This document shows, one piece after another, positions 1 through 9,012 of a stretch of 64,000 nt of DNA. The notes beneath the pieces are model-generated. The model was not told the DNA's origin. It ran no database searches and was given only the letters and a program-made list of their open reading frames with translations. Made by a program: the position numbers and the translations under genes. Position 1 is the stretch's first letter. Every line of letters begins with the position of its first letter. The DNA comes from an uncultured Candidatus Entotheonella sp. (GTDB lineage Bacteria; Tectomicrobia; Entotheonellia; Entotheonellales; Entotheonellaceae), in contig CBDCDA010000002.1 in the NCBI GenBank assembly GCA_965215335.1, positions 608,001 to 672,000 on the forward strand, given 5' to 3'.

Positions 1-136
1 GATCCGACGCCTGGCATGAAAGGGCCTGGTTGGACACATGCACCTTGACTCGGCAAGGTCCTGCTTCTACACTGCCACCCCTCCTTTCCACAGGCGGAAA
101 GGACACGTCATCAACTTCAGGTGAAGGAGAAAGGTT

Positions 137-1561
137 TTGACACGACTCGTGAAGGGTCTCTTGTTGGCAGGCTTGGGGTGTGCGGTGATACTGGGTTCCT
201 CTTTCCGCCCTCCCGTACAGGCTCAGACCGACTCTTTGACATCGGCGGAGATCTCGGACCTCAGAAAACTGCTGTCCTGCATCAAGGCCATATCCGTTAC
301 GGGACGAGCGGACTCGTTGCCGGCCTACGATGTCGTCTTCGAGGGCTGCAACGTGCACGTGCGCAACAGTCTCGGCAGGACTGACAGGGCCAACGGCGTC
401 GGCAATCTCATCGTTGGCTACAATGAGGATGATGTCCGGGTCACCCCGGATTCGGAGGATGGCGATTTCGGCACCAACGACCGGAGTGGGTCGCATAACG
501 TGGTGATCGGCCCGGAGCATACGTATTCGAATTACGGGGGGTTGGTGGCGGGCTTCCGCAACACCATCAGCGGCGCGTATGCCAGCGTCAGCGGCGGCAA
601 CAACAGTGAAGCCAGCGGTTGGGGCTCCAGTGTCAGCGGTGGCCACGGCCACGAGGCCAGTGGTCTGGGTTCCAGTGTCAGTGGCGGTACCGGCAATACA
701 GCCAGCGGCAAGGAGGCCAGCGTCAGCGGCGGTGAAAACGGCGAAGCCAGCGGCATGCGGGCCAGTGTCAGCGGCGGTCATAGGAACGAAGCCAGCGGCT
801 GGGTTAGCAGCGTCATCGGCGGTGGCGACAACGAAGCCAGCGGTCCTGGTTCCAGTGTCAGCGGTGGTGGGGGCAACATCGCCAGCGGCATGTGGGCCAG
901 TGTCAGCGGTGGTACCACCAATACAGCCAGCGGCGAGCGTGCCAGCGTCAGTGGCGGTTATAACAACGAAGCCAGCGCCCTATATGCCAGCGTCAGTGGC
1001 GGTAATAACAACGAAGCCAACGGCTATTCTGCCAGCATCAGTGGCGGTCACAGCAACGAAGCCAGCGGCTCTTCTGCCAGCATCAGTGGCGGCAGCCACA
1101 GCATCGCCAGCGGCGCGTATGCCAGCGTCAGCGGCGGTTGGAACAACGAAGCCAGCAATACGGGTTCCGGTGTCAGCGGTGGTGCCAACAATACAGCCAG
1201 CGGCATCAATTCCAGCGTCAGCGGCGGTGACAACAACGAAGCCGGCGGCAAGCGGGCCAGCGTCAGCGGTGGTCTTCGAAATACAGCCAGCGGCGAGCAG
1301 GCCAGTGTCAGTGGCGGTAATTACAACAAAGCCAGCGGCAAGCAGGCCAGTGTCAGCGGCGGTCATACAAACGAAGCCAGCGGCAAGCAGGCCAGTGTCA
1401 GCGGCGGTCTTCACAACGGAGCCAGTGGCCTGCTCTCCAGCGTCAGTGGCGGTCGTGGCAACGAAGCCAGCGGCCTTCAGTCCAGCGTCAGTGGCGGCCG
1501 CGAGCGTACGGCTGCCGGCCCGACGAACTGGAGAGCCGGCGATCTATTTGAAGACTATTGA
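137..1561 (+). CDS. Secreted Gly/Ser-rich repeat protein with ~21 tandem 15-aa repeats (SGxxASVSGGxxNEA); probable beta-helix/beta-roll surface protein
   Basis: Signal-peptide-like N-terminus (TRLVKGLLLAGLGCAVILG), AAGGAG RBS upstream, 45-bp periodic repeats from ~570-1510. Confidence 0.8.
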   Translation: MTRLVKGLLLAGLGCAVILGSSFRPPVQAQTDSLTSAEISDLRKLLSCIKAISVTGRADSLPAYDVVFEGCNVHVRNSLGRTDRANGVGNLIVGYNEDDVRVTPDSEDGDFGTNDRSGSHNVVIGPEHTYSNYGGLVAGFRNTISGAYASVSGGNNSEASGWGSSVSGGHGHEASGLGSSVSGGTGNTASGKEASVSGGENGEASGMRASVSGGHRNEASGWVSSVIGGGDNEASGPGSSVSGGGGNIASGMWASVSGGTTNTASGERASVSGGYNNEASALYASVSGGNNNEANGYSASISGGHSNEASGSSASISGGSHSIASGAYASVSGGWNNEASNTGSGVSGGANNTASGINSSVSGGDNNEAGGKRASVSGGLRNTASGEQASVSGGNYNKASGKQASVSGGHTNEASGKQASVSGGLHNGASGLLSSVSGGRGNEASGLQSSVSGGRERTAAGPTNWRAGDLFEDY

Positions 1562-1606
1562 TGTGGGACAGGGCGGACTTCGACATCCATGAGGCCGCCC
1601 GCGAAC

Positions 1607-1634
1607 GGAACCAGCCGGCAAGTTGGCTGGTTCC
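1607..1634 (+). terminator. Hairpin downstream of the repeat-protein gene, possible terminator
   Basis: GGAACCAGCC (1607-1616) / GGCTGGTTCC (1625-1634) perfect 10-bp inverted repeat; no clear U-tract. Confidence 0.45.
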
Positions 1635-1719
1635 CTCTCGTTCAGGGAGCAGCATTGCGAGTGACCTTGATCCAAGCCAAGTCAGGGCGGGCCGCCACGC
1701 CCGGAGCTGACGCTTGATG

Positions 1720-2040
1720 ACGTCCTGGCAGCAAACTCCTCAACTCCGGCCGGCCGTCTGGTCTTCGGCATCTTCGCCGCCCTGCGGAGTTCGAGCACGA
1801 ACTGCTCCGCGAGCGCACCTGCCGGACTCGAGGCCGCCCGTGCCAGGGAGCCGAAAGGGCAGACAGCAGTGCGCTCTCAGCAAGGCGCAGGTGCGCCTTG
1901 CCCAGGCCGCTATGAAGAGCCGCGATATCCCGGCTGCCGAACTCGCCGCGGAGCTCCGTGTCAAGCCGGTTACGCTGTACCGTTACGTCGGGCCGAAAGA
2001 GGAATTGCGCGCAAACGGGAAACGTGTCCTTAACGTTAGC
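1720..2040 (+). pseudogene. Degenerate serine resolvase/invertase (C-terminal part)
   Basis: Pieces in several frames: TPAGRLVFGIFAAL, EHELLRERT, GLEAARAR, then HTH LSKAQVRLAQAAM...AAELRVKPVTLYRYV. Confidence 0.75.
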
Positions 2041-2815
2041 TCAGGACCCATAACCAGAAGATGACCGTGGCAGCAAGGCAGATGGCACTGAAAAAGGGGT
2101 GCGCACACCGGTCATGGCGCGTGGCGATGCGACGCCAATCCTCGAGTCTGCCAAACAGACGCTCGATGAGGTTACGACTCTTCTAGAGCTCGCGGTCATG
2201 GACAATCGGCTCTTTACGATTGGCACGGCCCGGAATACACGACGCCATGCCTCGCCTGGCAAGCGCCCGGCGCAACCGGTCGCTGTCGTAGCCCTTGTCG
2301 GCTATCAGGACCCCGGACGCCGGTAGAGCAGGCACAATCGTATCAGCCCCGCGATAGTCGCTGACCTGACCCGCCGTCAACAACAGCACGATGGGCTTGC
2401 CATCGCCGTCACAGACCGCATGGAGCTTGGAGTTCAGACCGCCTCGGGTGCGCCCGATCTGACGCGGAAAAGCCCCTTTTTCAGCAGGCAGCGGTGCGAC
2501 GCGCCTTGATATGGGTGCTGTCGATCATCACGGTTTCGGTCTCGGTGCTTTCTGAGGCTAGGGTCTGGAAGATACGGTCGAACACCCCGGTCTTGCTCCA
2601 GCGCACGAAGCAGTTGCAGAGGGTCTTGTGCGGTCTGTAGCAGGCGGGGGCACGCGCCATATGAGGCCGCTGATGACCTTTCGGTCATCGACGCGTGGGA
2701 CGCCGCGCACCTTGTTGGGCGGCAGGGGTTGAAGTCGGGCAAACTGCGCATCGGAGAGCCAGAAGTGATGATCGGGCATGATGAGCCTCCCCGGAGTCAG
2801 AGTCTTGAATCCGAT
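2039..2815 (-). mobile_element. Degenerate IS5-family (IS427-group) element, copy 1
   Basis: orfA MPDHHFWLSDAQFARLQPL...RGVPRVDDRKVISG and orfB LTAGQVSDY...IADKGYDSD, close to the copy at 24400-25242; end GCTCAGGACCCATAA; internal deletions/frameshifts; far IR not recognisable. Confidence 0.85.
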
Positions 2816-2850
2816 CGGAACCTGCAAGCCAATTATGAACCTCTCATCAG

Positions 2851-4167
2851 CAATACTTCGGACAGTTTTGACAGCTAGGTAGCCGCACGGGTTCTCCAAT
2901 TCTATAGTTGTGTAGCCAACGCAACTGAGAATGGAGGCGCCCCGTGCGACTGCTTCAAAGTGTACTGCCGACCTTGGCCCAAACCAAGAAACCGCAACGC
3001 AAATTCGTCGCCCATCTCTTGGGACTTCTCCTGATGCTTCCCGGACACGCCACGTTTCGCAATCTCAGCCGCTACAGTCCATATCACGAGCGCACCTTTG
3101 CGCGCTGGTACGACCGACCCTTCGACTTTGTCGCACTCAACAAGGCGGCCATTACCCAGGTCATCCCGCCTGATCATCAACAGGCTCTGGTCATCGATGC
3201 CAGCTTCATCCCCAAAAGTGGCAACCACACCTATGGTCTTGAACCCTTCTGGAATAGTGGCCACCGGCGCAGTGAAAAAGGTCTGGAAGTCTCTGCGGTG
3301 GCCTGGCTCGACCTCACCGACAGATGCGCCTATGGCCTCAGTGTTGAGCAGACACCGCCGAGCGACAAGACCTCTGAGGTGCAAGGCACCCGTATCGATG
3401 CCTGGCTGGAGCAATTGCGAGGCGTGGTCTGTGGCCACCAACTCCATCATCTACGCTATGTGATAACGGACGGCTATTACAGCAAACGTAAATTCCTTGA
3501 CGGACTCCGCGCCCTGGGGCTGCATCAGATTGGCAAGCTGCGCCGTGACGCCAATCTGCGCTATCTCTACCAAGGACCGAGGCGCCCAGGACCCGGGCGA
3601 CCCAAGACTTATGACGGCAAGGTCCATTGGGATGACCTGGCACGCTTTGAGCGTGTAGCGAGCGAAGACGCCGCCGTCGTGCTCTATCACCAAGTCCTCA
3701 ACCACGTGCATCTTCGGCGCAATCTGCGTGTGGTGCTCGTGGTCGATACCCGCACTCACCGGCGGGCGGTGTTGTTCAGCACCGACACCGACATGGATGC
3801 GCAGGCGCTTTATCGTAGCTACAAAGCGCGCTTCCAGATCGAATTTCTCTTCCGAGACGCCAAGCAGTTTACGTCTTTGAGCGCCTGTCAAGCGCGTTCA
3901 CAAGCCAAACTGCATTTTCACTTCAATGCGAGCCTGAGCGCTCTGACCTTGGGCAAACTGGAAGCTCGGCAGCAAAGCGGCGTTAGCCAGGCAGGGTTTT
4001 CCATGGCGAGTGTCAAACGGCGCGCTTTCAACCAACATCTGCTTGAGCGAATTTCTCAGCATCTAGCCGAAGGGCATAGCCTGGAAAAATCCAGCCCCGA
4101 ATACCAAGACCTTTGCAACTATGGCACGATCGCTGACAGGGCGGCCTAAATTCTGTCCGACCTATTG
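2851..4167 (+). mobile_element. IS element (IS701/IS4-like DDE) with 15-bp terminal IRs
   Basis: CAATACTTCGGACAG (2851-2865) vs CTGTCCGACCTATTG (4153-4167), 13/15 match as inverted repeats; single transposase inside; no TSD seen. Confidence 0.85.
2944..4149 (+). CDS. DDE transposase (IS701/IS4-like)
   Basis: VIDASFIPKSG, ITDGYY, YKARFQIEFLFRDAKQ (Y-2-R-3-E-6-K signature). Confidence 0.9.
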   Translation: MRLLQSVLPTLAQTKKPQRKFVAHLLGLLLMLPGHATFRNLSRYSPYHERTFARWYDRPFDFVALNKAAITQVIPPDHQQALVIDASFIPKSGNHTYGLEPFWNSGHRRSEKGLEVSAVAWLDLTDRCAYGLSVEQTPPSDKTSEVQGTRIDAWLEQLRGVVCGHQLHHLRYVITDGYYSKRKFLDGLRALGLHQIGKLRRDANLRYLYQGPRRPGPGRPKTYDGKVHWDDLARFERVASEDAAVVLYHQVLNHVHLRRNLRVVLVVDTRTHRRAVLFSTDTDMDAQALYRSYKARFQIEFLFRDAKQFTSLSACQARSQAKLHFHFNASLSALTLGKLEARQQSGVSQAGFSMASVKRRAFNQHLLERISQHLAEGHSLEKSSPEYQDLCNYGTIADRAA

Positions 4168-4366
4168 GTGATTTAAAACAGCGCGAAAATCGCGGTCGGC
4201 CACCGAACACGGCTAAATATCGCCGACGCCCCTGCCTGTAATATTGTGGCAATAGGCATAACAGCTTGAAAACAAAGATATATTAGGGCATCTCTAATAA
4301 TACCCATCTCCCACTTGGTTTAGAATCACTGAGGCACGTTACCACGGTTACCGAAGGCCAGAGGAG

Positions 4367-4845
4367 TTGCCCCTGTCTCAGATGGGCTTTTTCGATGTCG
4401 AGAATCGCTACGCCGCTTTGGACGCCAAGCATGACCCCTTGGTTAAGATCAATGCCCTCGTGCCATGGGAAACGTTCCGCAGCCGCCTGGAGGCACTCTG
4501 GCGCAAGCCACCCGACCAGCGTAAGTCCAATGCAGGTTGCAAACCCCGGGACGCCATCGTCATGTTCAAGGCCATCGTGCTGTGCGCCCTCTACAATCTG
4601 TCCGATGACCAAGTGGAGTACCAGATGCGCGACCGTCTCTCCTTTGTGCGCTTCCCCGGATCAAGTCCGGGGCAGGCTCTGGGACTGGCGCTTGCAGACA
4701 AGATACCCAACGCCAAGACGGTGTGGCTCTACCGCGAACAACTCTCACAGGCTGGTGTGATCGACGCCTTATTCAACGACTTTGACAACTATCTCAACAC
4801 CCAGGGCTACCAGGCAAGGGGTGGCCAGATCATGGATGCGTCGAT
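4367..4845 (+). pseudogene. Truncated IS5-family transposase (N-terminal half)
   Basis: QMGFFD...DPLVKINALVPWETFR...LYNLSDDQVEYQMRDRLSF...GGQIMDASI then unrelated sequence; in-frame 24-nt palindromic insert (PGSSPGQA). Confidence 0.85.
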
Positions 4846-4912
4846 TAGGGAAACTTTCATGCACGGTTCTTGGGTGAGGGGGTGTCAGTGATGGCACCTC
4901 GTTACCCGGCAG

Positions 4913-6213
4913 CTAAGGAATTTGTCGCAAATTAGTTTTTCATGTTTTGAGTTTTGTGTTTCAATTGTTCCATGAGGCGCGATCACGAACTCGAAGCCAC
5001 CATTGTTGAGAAGTACGCGGCGATCGAAGCGTTTCTTGATGAGCGTGGGCGTCGTATCTGGGCAGCCACGGAGTCGCGTGCCATCGGCTATGGAGGAGAT
5101 GCCCTGGTGTCGGATGCGACAGGATTGTCGCGCCCGACCATTCGGGCGGGACGCCGAGAGCTGGCAGGTGGTGGCACTGAGTTTGGCCGGGTGCGCCGAC
5201 CGGGCGCTGGACGACCGGGCATCGAGCAGTCTCAGCCGGGCATCAAGCAAGCGCTGGAGCAGTTGGTTGATCCGTTGACTCGCGGCGACCCGCAGTCGCC
5301 GTTGAGGTGGACGTGCAAGAGCAAAGCGAAGCTCACCGTGGCGCTGTCGAAGGCTGGCTGGAAGGTCAGTTCGACGACGGTGGGCCGTTTACTGCATGAG
5401 CTCGGCTATCGCCTGCAATCGGTGCGCAAGAGTCGAGAAGGGGCGTCGCACCCCGATCGCAACGCACAGTTCGAACATATCAATTCAAAGGCAGATGAGT
5501 TTTTGCAACGCGCTCAGCCGGTGGTATCGGTCGACACCAAGAAGAAGGAGTTGGTGGGTGATTTCAAGAACGCTGGCCGGGAGTGGCAACCGAAGGGGCA
5601 GCCCGAGCAATCACGGGTTCACGACTTTCCTCAGGACGCGACGGGCAAGGCCATTCCCTATGGCATCTATGATATGGGAGGCAACGAAGCATGGGTCAGT
5701 GTTGGGTGTGACCACGACACGCCGGCGTTCGCGGTGGCCTCGCTGCGGCGGTGGTGGGACGAGATGGGCAAGCGTCGCTACTCCGAGGCTCGTGAGCTAT
5801 TCATCACTGCCGATGCGGGCGGTAGCAACGGGTATCGCTGTCGCGCCTGGAAGCACGGACTGCAACAGTTTGCCGACGAGACGGGTGTGCGCATCCACGT
5901 CAGCCACTTCCCGCCCGGTACCAGCAAATGGAACAAGATCGAGCATCGTCTGTTCTGCCACATCACGCAGAATTGGCGAGGCAAGCCGTTGCGGACCTTT
6001 GAGACCATAGTCGATTTGATCGGCAATACGCGTACCAACGCAGGTCTTCGGGTCAGAGCCGAACTTGACGCAAGAACATACCCGACCGCAGTGGTGACGA
6101 CGAACGCCGAGATGGACGCCCTGTCGCTCCATCGCAACGCGTTCCACGGCGACTGGAACTATGAGTTACACCCACGATGAAGTTGGAAACCTAAATTGGA
6201 TCAAATTCCTTAG
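4913..6213 (+). mobile_element. ISAzo13-family insertion sequence
   Basis: 12-bp IRs CTAAGGAATTTG (4913-4924) / CAAATTCCTTAG (6202-6213) around the transposase. Confidence 0.9.
4972..6180 (+). CDS. ISAzo13-family transposase
   Basis: LDERGRRIWAATE, RGDPQSPLRWT, SVDTKKKELVG, ITADAGGSNG, PPGTSKWNKIEHRLF, FHGDWNY. Confidence 0.92.
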   Translation: MRRDHELEATIVEKYAAIEAFLDERGRRIWAATESRAIGYGGDALVSDATGLSRPTIRAGRRELAGGGTEFGRVRRPGAGRPGIEQSQPGIKQALEQLVDPLTRGDPQSPLRWTCKSKAKLTVALSKAGWKVSSTTVGRLLHELGYRLQSVRKSREGASHPDRNAQFEHINSKADEFLQRAQPVVSVDTKKKELVGDFKNAGREWQPKGQPEQSRVHDFPQDATGKAIPYGIYDMGGNEAWVSVGCDHDTPAFAVASLRRWWDEMGKRRYSEARELFITADAGGSNGYRCRAWKHGLQQFADETGVRIHVSHFPPGTSKWNKIEHRLFCHITQNWRGKPLRTFETIVDLIGNTRTNAGLRVRAELDARTYPTAVVTTNAEMDALSLHRNAFHGDWNYELHPR

Positions 6214-7062
6214 GATGCCCGGGTCCAGAGGCCTGAAACAGCCTACTCCCGATGAATGTGGGTCTTTATCCGGCCAACCCGCGTCGTCCGGGAAGAAAAG
6301 CAAGGAACGATTCGTGTTATGCCCTTTGACTGTGTCACGGTCTACGATTGTCCAGCTTGACGAGTTGCCCCATTGCATGAGCCAGTAAACGGTGGCGGTT
6401 GCTGCCGCGCCAGCGCCGACCATGAGGCCCCGACCTACATCAATGCTGGGTAGATCTCTAGGTCCAGGGTCCGCGTCTGCACCGCTTTGGAGGTTCCACG
6501 CGGAAATAGTTGTTGGAACGGTTTCGATGCTCAGCGTACGCTTGATCGCGGCAGCGGCTCCAAGCAACGCCGCGAGGCCGGCTCCCCTGAGATCCGAAGA
6601 TACGTCGCGGCCTAGTCCACATGGAACTGCCGCCAATTCCGCATTCGATCGGTTGCATCCGAGGTACCAAGTCAGGCCGGATTGGCAGTAGGCACCGATT
6701 CCAATGGAGATTGCGCTCGGGACAAGTTGTGGGTGGTCAAGCTCAAATATCCCATAGGGGTCGATGCGCCTCGTCAGTCTATGTATCTCATCGCCGACAC
6801 TGGACCCGCCACATAAAGCGGGGATCAGCAGGGGCGCGCCGGGTGCGGAAAGTGCGAAGCGCAGTTCACGATGCACTCGTGCAAGTTGATTCGCGAGTGT
6901 CACCAGAAGCAGTTGTCCTGATCGTGTCTCGCAGGCATCGGCGGAGGCGTGAAGCGATACCGGCATCAGCGCTGGGGAGGCGTCCCCCAGATAATCTTCG
7001 GTTCGGGAGTCCCGTTCGCGATAGAAGCGTTCGGATTGCGCAATGTAGTTATCATCAGTCAT
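6166..7062 (-). pseudogene. E1/ThiF-family ubiquitin-activating enzyme (BilD-like), 3'-truncated
   Basis: MVGAGAAA nucleotide-binding loop and IVDRDTVKGHNTNRSLLF adenylation motif; ThiF-like sequence stops shortly after (~6255) and runs into IS-side DNA. Confidence 0.75.
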
Positions 7063-7591
7063 GGAAATAGCCAGTCTTGAATGAAGCCGAAATCGAATTC
7101 CGTTCGCACAGCACCCAGCGGTGGCCCTGGAACTGATGAATCGAGAAATCTGTTATCGACTTCAGAGTGCGTCCGTAATGCGGGGCTACCAAGGACAGCA
7201 TGTTTTCGAATGGCATCACCACGAGGTCATCGTCGCCATCAGAATGTTGTGTGTCACGGCTAGGGTGGCTGTGAACCTGAGCAAGAATGCCCAAGTCCAT
7301 GGCGCGTGCGCAACGGGCCACCTCAGCAAATGCCGCTTCCGAAACGAACACGCCGAACCGACTGTGGCTAGAGTTCGGTACTATAACGGCTTCCAGCCTC
7401 GTCAGACCGGGATCTTCGCGTCCGGCCCAATAGCAGATACCTTCATGACCCCCTTCGTGACGGCCGGCTTCGTCAAACCCACGAAGCGCCCTTTGCGTAT
7501 CTTCAATGAGACTGTCGGCAAGGCTGTAACAGCCGCGCAATACACCGCGGGGCAGAGGACGCGTCCGATGTACTGTCATTTCATACGGCAT
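7055..7591 (-). CDS. JAB/MPN metallo-isopeptidase (BilC-like deubiquitinase)
   Basis: E(GICYWAG)...QVHSHP...HSDGDD = JAMM motif E..HxH-x7-S-x2-D. Confidence 0.88.
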   Translation of the reverse strand: MPYEMTVHRTRPLPRGVLRGCYSLADSLIEDTQRALRGFDEAGRHEGGHEGICYWAGREDPGLTRLEAVIVPNSSHSRFGVFVSEAAFAEVARCARAMDLGILAQVHSHPSRDTQHSDGDDDLVVMPFENMLSLVAPHYGRTLKSITDFSIHQFQGHRWVLCERNSISASFKTGYFHD

Positions 7592-8067
7592 TGGGTAAAG
7601 CCGAAATCACGCAGGATTGACTGCAGCATGTCGCCGATTGTCATAGCGCTTACGTACCCCGGCCCAGCCGTCATCCACTGGGCCGGATCGCCCCAGTTGG
7701 AATGGGGACCGTCATGAGTGCCGTACGCTAAGCGATTGAAGGGTGCGCAAATGATGCCCCGATTCTTGTGCCGAAGAAACATGGAACTTCCAAACGGTGT
7801 ATCCCGAGGCCCGGGGCTCAGGTACAATCCATCAGTCGTCGACCAGCCTTCGTCTCGCCATTCCCAAATCGGGGGTAATTCCTTGTAATCGTCAAAATTA
7901 CCCTGAAGGTAGAATTTTTCGCCTTTGCCCTGCTGTACCAGTGCAACACGGATAATCCTTTCTGCGAGCAACCGGGTGTCCAAGGCGATCTGATGGCGTT
8001 CTGCCCACGCCCACACACCCGGCAACTCGCTTGCTATCGCAGCGTCGGTGACTGCAGATGGAAGCAT
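7576..8067 (-). CDS. Prokaryotic E2-like ubiquitin-conjugating protein (BilB-like)
   Basis: DDYKELPPIWEW, IICAPFNRLAY (candidate catalytic Cys), GPHSNW; located between the Ubl and JAB genes. Confidence 0.75.
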   Translation of the reverse strand: MLPSAVTDAAIASELPGVWAWAERHQIALDTRLLAERIIRVALVQQGKGEKFYLQGNFDDYKELPPIWEWRDEGWSTTDGLYLSPGPRDTPFGSSMFLRHKNRGIICAPFNRLAYGTHDGPHSNWGDPAQWMTAGPGYVSAMTIGDMLQSILRDFGFTQCRMK

Positions 8068-8073
8068 CCTGAA

Positions 8074-8358
8074 TTACACCCCGCCGCCTTTGTCGGTCAA
8101 CTCCAACCGGTCGAAATCTCGGACCCCTTCTTCAATCAGGGTCTTTTCCCGGTCCAGCACTTTCCCGTCCTTGTTTTGAAAAGTCGGATTTCCAGCTTCA
8201 TAGTCAAATTCCTTGGCCGCTTCGTCAGCCGCTTCGCCGACTCGAAGCGACTTGGTCCACGAGAACTTTTTGGGCTGCGGGACACGCGGCGAGAAGACCT
8301 CTACAGTCAGTTCGCCGGCGCCCACGGCGCGATCAGCGGTTGCTGTTCCTTCCTTCAT
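8074..8358 (-). CDS. Ubiquitin-like (beta-grasp) protein (BilA-like), C-terminus ...LELTDKGGGV
   Basis: ~94 aa from ATG 8358 with GGAG RBS; GKVLDREKTLIEEGVRDFDRLEL is ubiquitin-like; Gly-rich tail capped by one residue. Confidence 0.8.
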   Translation of the reverse strand: MKEGTATADRAVGAGELTVEVFSPRVPQPKKFSWTKSLRVGEAADEAAKEFDYEAGNPTFQNKDGKVLDREKTLIEEGVRDFDRLELTDKGGGV

Positions 8359-8529
8359 GACTTGTATCTCCAAATTGCAGGTTATACATGACGTTTCCGT
8401 CACTTGAAAGAATACGATAACGTCGTCTATGTGTCAATGGTCTTCTTGAGGCTCATCGTGAAGTCAGAGGTCAAAGGAATTTCCGGGCAGTGCCAAGGTC
8501 CCATGCATCTCTGCCTACACGAGGGAAGT

Positions 8530-8556
8530 CCTACGTCGTATTGCATACGACGTAGG
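8530..8556. promoter_or_regulatory. Perfect palindrome, candidate operator in the divergent bil / HTH-peptidase intergenic region
   Basis: CCTACGTCGTAT-TGC-ATACGACGTAGG; related CCTAC half-sites at ~8514 and ~8575. Confidence 0.6.
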
Positions 8557-8649
8557 TGTCTCCTATGATGGACGCCTACGTCATGCAGGAAGTCAGGAAC
8601 TACCTGAAGAAGCATAACGAGATCGTCACCGCGAGCATACGTATCCGGC

Positions 8650-9012
8650 ATGTCAGAATCAGCCGTCCCTTCACAACTTTTTCCGCACAGGCTACGCGTT
8701 GCGCGTGAGTTGCGTGAGCTGAACCAAGGGCAGCTGGCCCAGCGCGCGAAACTTCAGCCATCGGCGATTTCCCATTTCGAAACAGGATCGCGCAAGCCGT
8801 CCTTCGACAATTTGAAGAGGCTTGCCGATGCACTCGATGTCACGACGGACTATCTGCTGGGTCGGGTTGACGACCCGGCCGGCCTTGCGGGTGCGGAGCG
8901 TATCCACCGCCATCTAGGCCAACTCACTGGATCGGATCGCAAAACCGCGGAAGATATGATCGAGATGTTGGCCCAACGGGCCCAACAGCGTAGTGGTCGA
9001 AGGAAATCATGA
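8650..9012 (+). CDS. XRE-family HTH transcriptional regulator (CapH/ImmR-like)
   Basis: RLRVARELRELNQGQLAQRAKLQPSAISHFETGSRKPSFDNLKRLADALDVTTDYLLG. Confidence 0.93.
   Translation: MSESAVPSQLFPHRLRVARELRELNQGQLAQRAKLQPSAISHFETGSRKPSFDNLKRLADALDVTTDYLLGRVDDPAGLAGAERIHRHLGQLTGSDRKTAEDMIEMLAQRAQQRSGRRKS

Noticed and set aside
570..1510. Periodic DNA repeats as a possible CRISPR array
   Set aside because: Degenerate, codon-phased, with no unique spacers; a coding repeat
579..1592. 337-aa Pro/Ala/Thr repeat ORF and antisense repeat ORFs
   Set aside because: Alternative frames of the 45-bp repeat in the 137-1561 gene, which has the signal peptide and RBS
6214..6256. ...GCCTGAAACAGCCTACTCCCGAT resembling a group II intron 3' end at the E1 breakpoint
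   Set aside because: Too short; no domain V or reverse transcriptase visible
7055..7591. JAB as CBASS Cap3 acting on the CD-NTase
   Set aside because: It lies within the Ubl-E2-E1 operon 15 kb away; cross-talk is unsupported by the sequence
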